DNA of 64,000 nt from Chromera velia (taxonomy: Eukaryota). Of the stretch, positions 62,250-64,000 are shown piece after piece. The notes under the pieces are model-generated. The model was not told the origin of the DNA. It saw nothing but the letters and a program-made list of their open reading frames with translations, and did no database searches. Within the stretch, counting starts at the first letter, position 1; each line of letters starts with the position of its first letter. The stretch covers positions 62,001-126,000 of the forward strand of contig JAHBMJ010000510.1 of assembly GCA_018398765.1 (NCBI GenBank), written 5' to 3'. The position numbers were made by a program, and so were the translations under genes.

Positions 62250-63100
62250 GTGCGTGCGTGCGCGCGCGCCCGTCTTTCCGTCTGCTTGTCTGTCCTTTGT
62301 CTGTCTCTCTCCCTCTCTATCTATGTGCCTGCCTGCCTGCCTGCCCGTGAATTCGACTCTGGATTCCTATCTGCCTCCCTCCATTGAAATTGGTTTCTTA
62401 CCTCGTCCCTCCGGGCTGTTCTTTCTCCCTTCCAACATTCACCTGCATATGCATTGCTCAAGTACTCTCAGGTGCTTTCCTTCCCCAACCTTCTGCACCG
62501 ACCTGCAGACAGCCACCGTGATTGCCGGAACACTTGACCCACGCCCATACAGACCGCCCCCCTCTCTGGATGCCCCCCAAATCCCCTCTGCAACCGCCGC
62601 CCAGGAGGGACCGAAGGGCGCCACCTCCTTCTTTTCCTCCAATGATGCCTCACAGACAGGTGGTCTCTCATTCATTGTCTCTGCCGTCCTGCCTTGAATG
62701 TAGAGCCCCAGAAGCGCCCGCACCTCCTCAGAGGTCCACTCTGCAGAGTCCTTCGTTCTCCAGACCTTCCACAGGCGGTGGGGCTGCACCCATCCATTCA
62801 TACACACCGCCCACACACAGACAGTCAATTGGTGAGATCAATGAACTTTGTGAGAAACTGGTTGTCGGTTAAAGGGTGCCCCCTTTTCAGGCGCGTTCCT
62901 GAAGAAACGCTTGCTGTGCTGGTCTCTTTTCTTCTCTGAGAGAGAGAGAGGGAGAGAGAGGGAGAGAGAGAGAGAGAGCGAGAGAGGGCCTGACTGGCAG
63001 ACAGGCAGAGAGGTTGAAAAGACAGGAGTCCGTCCAGAATCTTCTTTGTCGTCCAACCTCAGTCCTCTCTGATCGATTGATGGAGGGTCTCTCTCCATCT
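61852..63100 (-). CDS. 3' exons of an unidentified gene entering from the right; structure unresolved
   Basis: Protein-like frames 62828-62442 (donor GTGAAT) and ~62172-61852 (acceptor ATGCAG, stop TGA). Upstream exon phases could not be reconciled. Confidence 0.35.
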
Positions 63101-63694
63101 GCCTGCAGTGCGCTCGGGTGCGTCGCTCTCTTTTTTTTGTTCCTCAACCTTTCCTGCACGTCTGGTTGTCGGGCTCCCACCAGTATTTTGGTATTTCTTT
63201 TTGCTTCTGTACAGTTTCATTCTTGCCTTGCCATTTGAGTCAATCCCTTCCCCTACAGCCCTCAATGCGTGTCTACGTATCTGTCCAGCTGGTCTTTTGC
63301 GCATATTCAAAAATGAAATATAACACGTGGGGTGCCAACAAGCAGACAGGAACAAAGAAACAAGTGTCCACAGACACCTTCAATAAAGCAGAAAAGCCTC
63401 TTCTAAACGCACCTCCAGGAGAAGCTCAGAGACGTCGTGGGAGCTTTTGGTTGTGCAGACCAGAAGAACAGGAGGACTGTCTTGCGACCTCAAGGTTTCA
63501 CCGTCGGACTCCAAAAATCCAAATGCAAACCCCGCAACTCCGGGCCCCCTGTCCCTGCAGTCAGGAGGCAAAATCACAACTGCAATCAAACCCATCAACG
63601 ACCCAATCGGTGCCAGGAGGAAAAGCCCAAAACACCGTGGCTCCAACATCGGAGGGCAGAGCAGAAGGAAACCACTTGAGCATGCGCAAACGCG

Positions 63695-63723
<29 letters not shown>

Positions 63724-63728
<5 letters not shown>

Positions 63729-63920
63729 ATATGTTTCTTCTTCTTCTCCCTCCTTTGACAGACAGACAGACAGACAGACAGACTATATGTTTCTTCTTCT
63801 TCTCCCTCCTTTTCTTCATGAACACAACAGACAAAAAGAAAGAAAGAACAAAGACAAAAGAACAGCACCGACAGACAGACTATATGTTTCTTCTTCTCCC
63901 TTCTTTTCTTCATGGACACA
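63724..63920. repeat. Three copies of a ~30-bp unit GACTATATGTTTCTTCTTCT..CCC
   Basis: Copies begin at ~63724, 63781 and 63878. Confidence 0.85.
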
Positions 63921-64000
63921 ATAGACAAAAAGAAAGAAAGCAACAAAGACAAAGGAACATCACGACAACTCAGACAAAGTGGGCAGGGGGCCCGAAAGGT

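Overview
This is intron-rich eukaryotic DNA. GC-rich exons, microsatellite-filled introns, frequent GTCAG donors and TGCATGCA clusters suggest an alveolate, possibly a chromerid (inference only). The most notable feature is a ~14 kb, ~23-exon gene at 33071-47301 (~2,800 codons by manual splicing). It fuses a degenerate kinesin-3 motor, an FHA-like domain interrupted by a DisA_N/DacZ-type diadenylate-cyclase-like domain, a kinesin-3 tail segment, LRRs, a Roc GTPase, COR and a Cys-rich CaaX tail. This copy has an AT-for-GT donor, three in-frame stops and one frameshift. Other genes: a heavily frameshifted PHD/CCHC/chromo-like gene (2.4-13.4 kb), a secreted Pro/Gly/Arg-repeat precursor with a tRNA-Gly in intron 1, a calmodulin-like EF-hand gene head-to-head with a formate/nitrite transporter, an F-box/ankyrin gene, and a secreted Cys-module plus BPI/LBP-like gene. 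Mobile elements: a gag-only LTR element, a hAT-type MITE and a long-TIR CCC...GGG MITE. All splicing and domain calls were made by eye; no searches were run.
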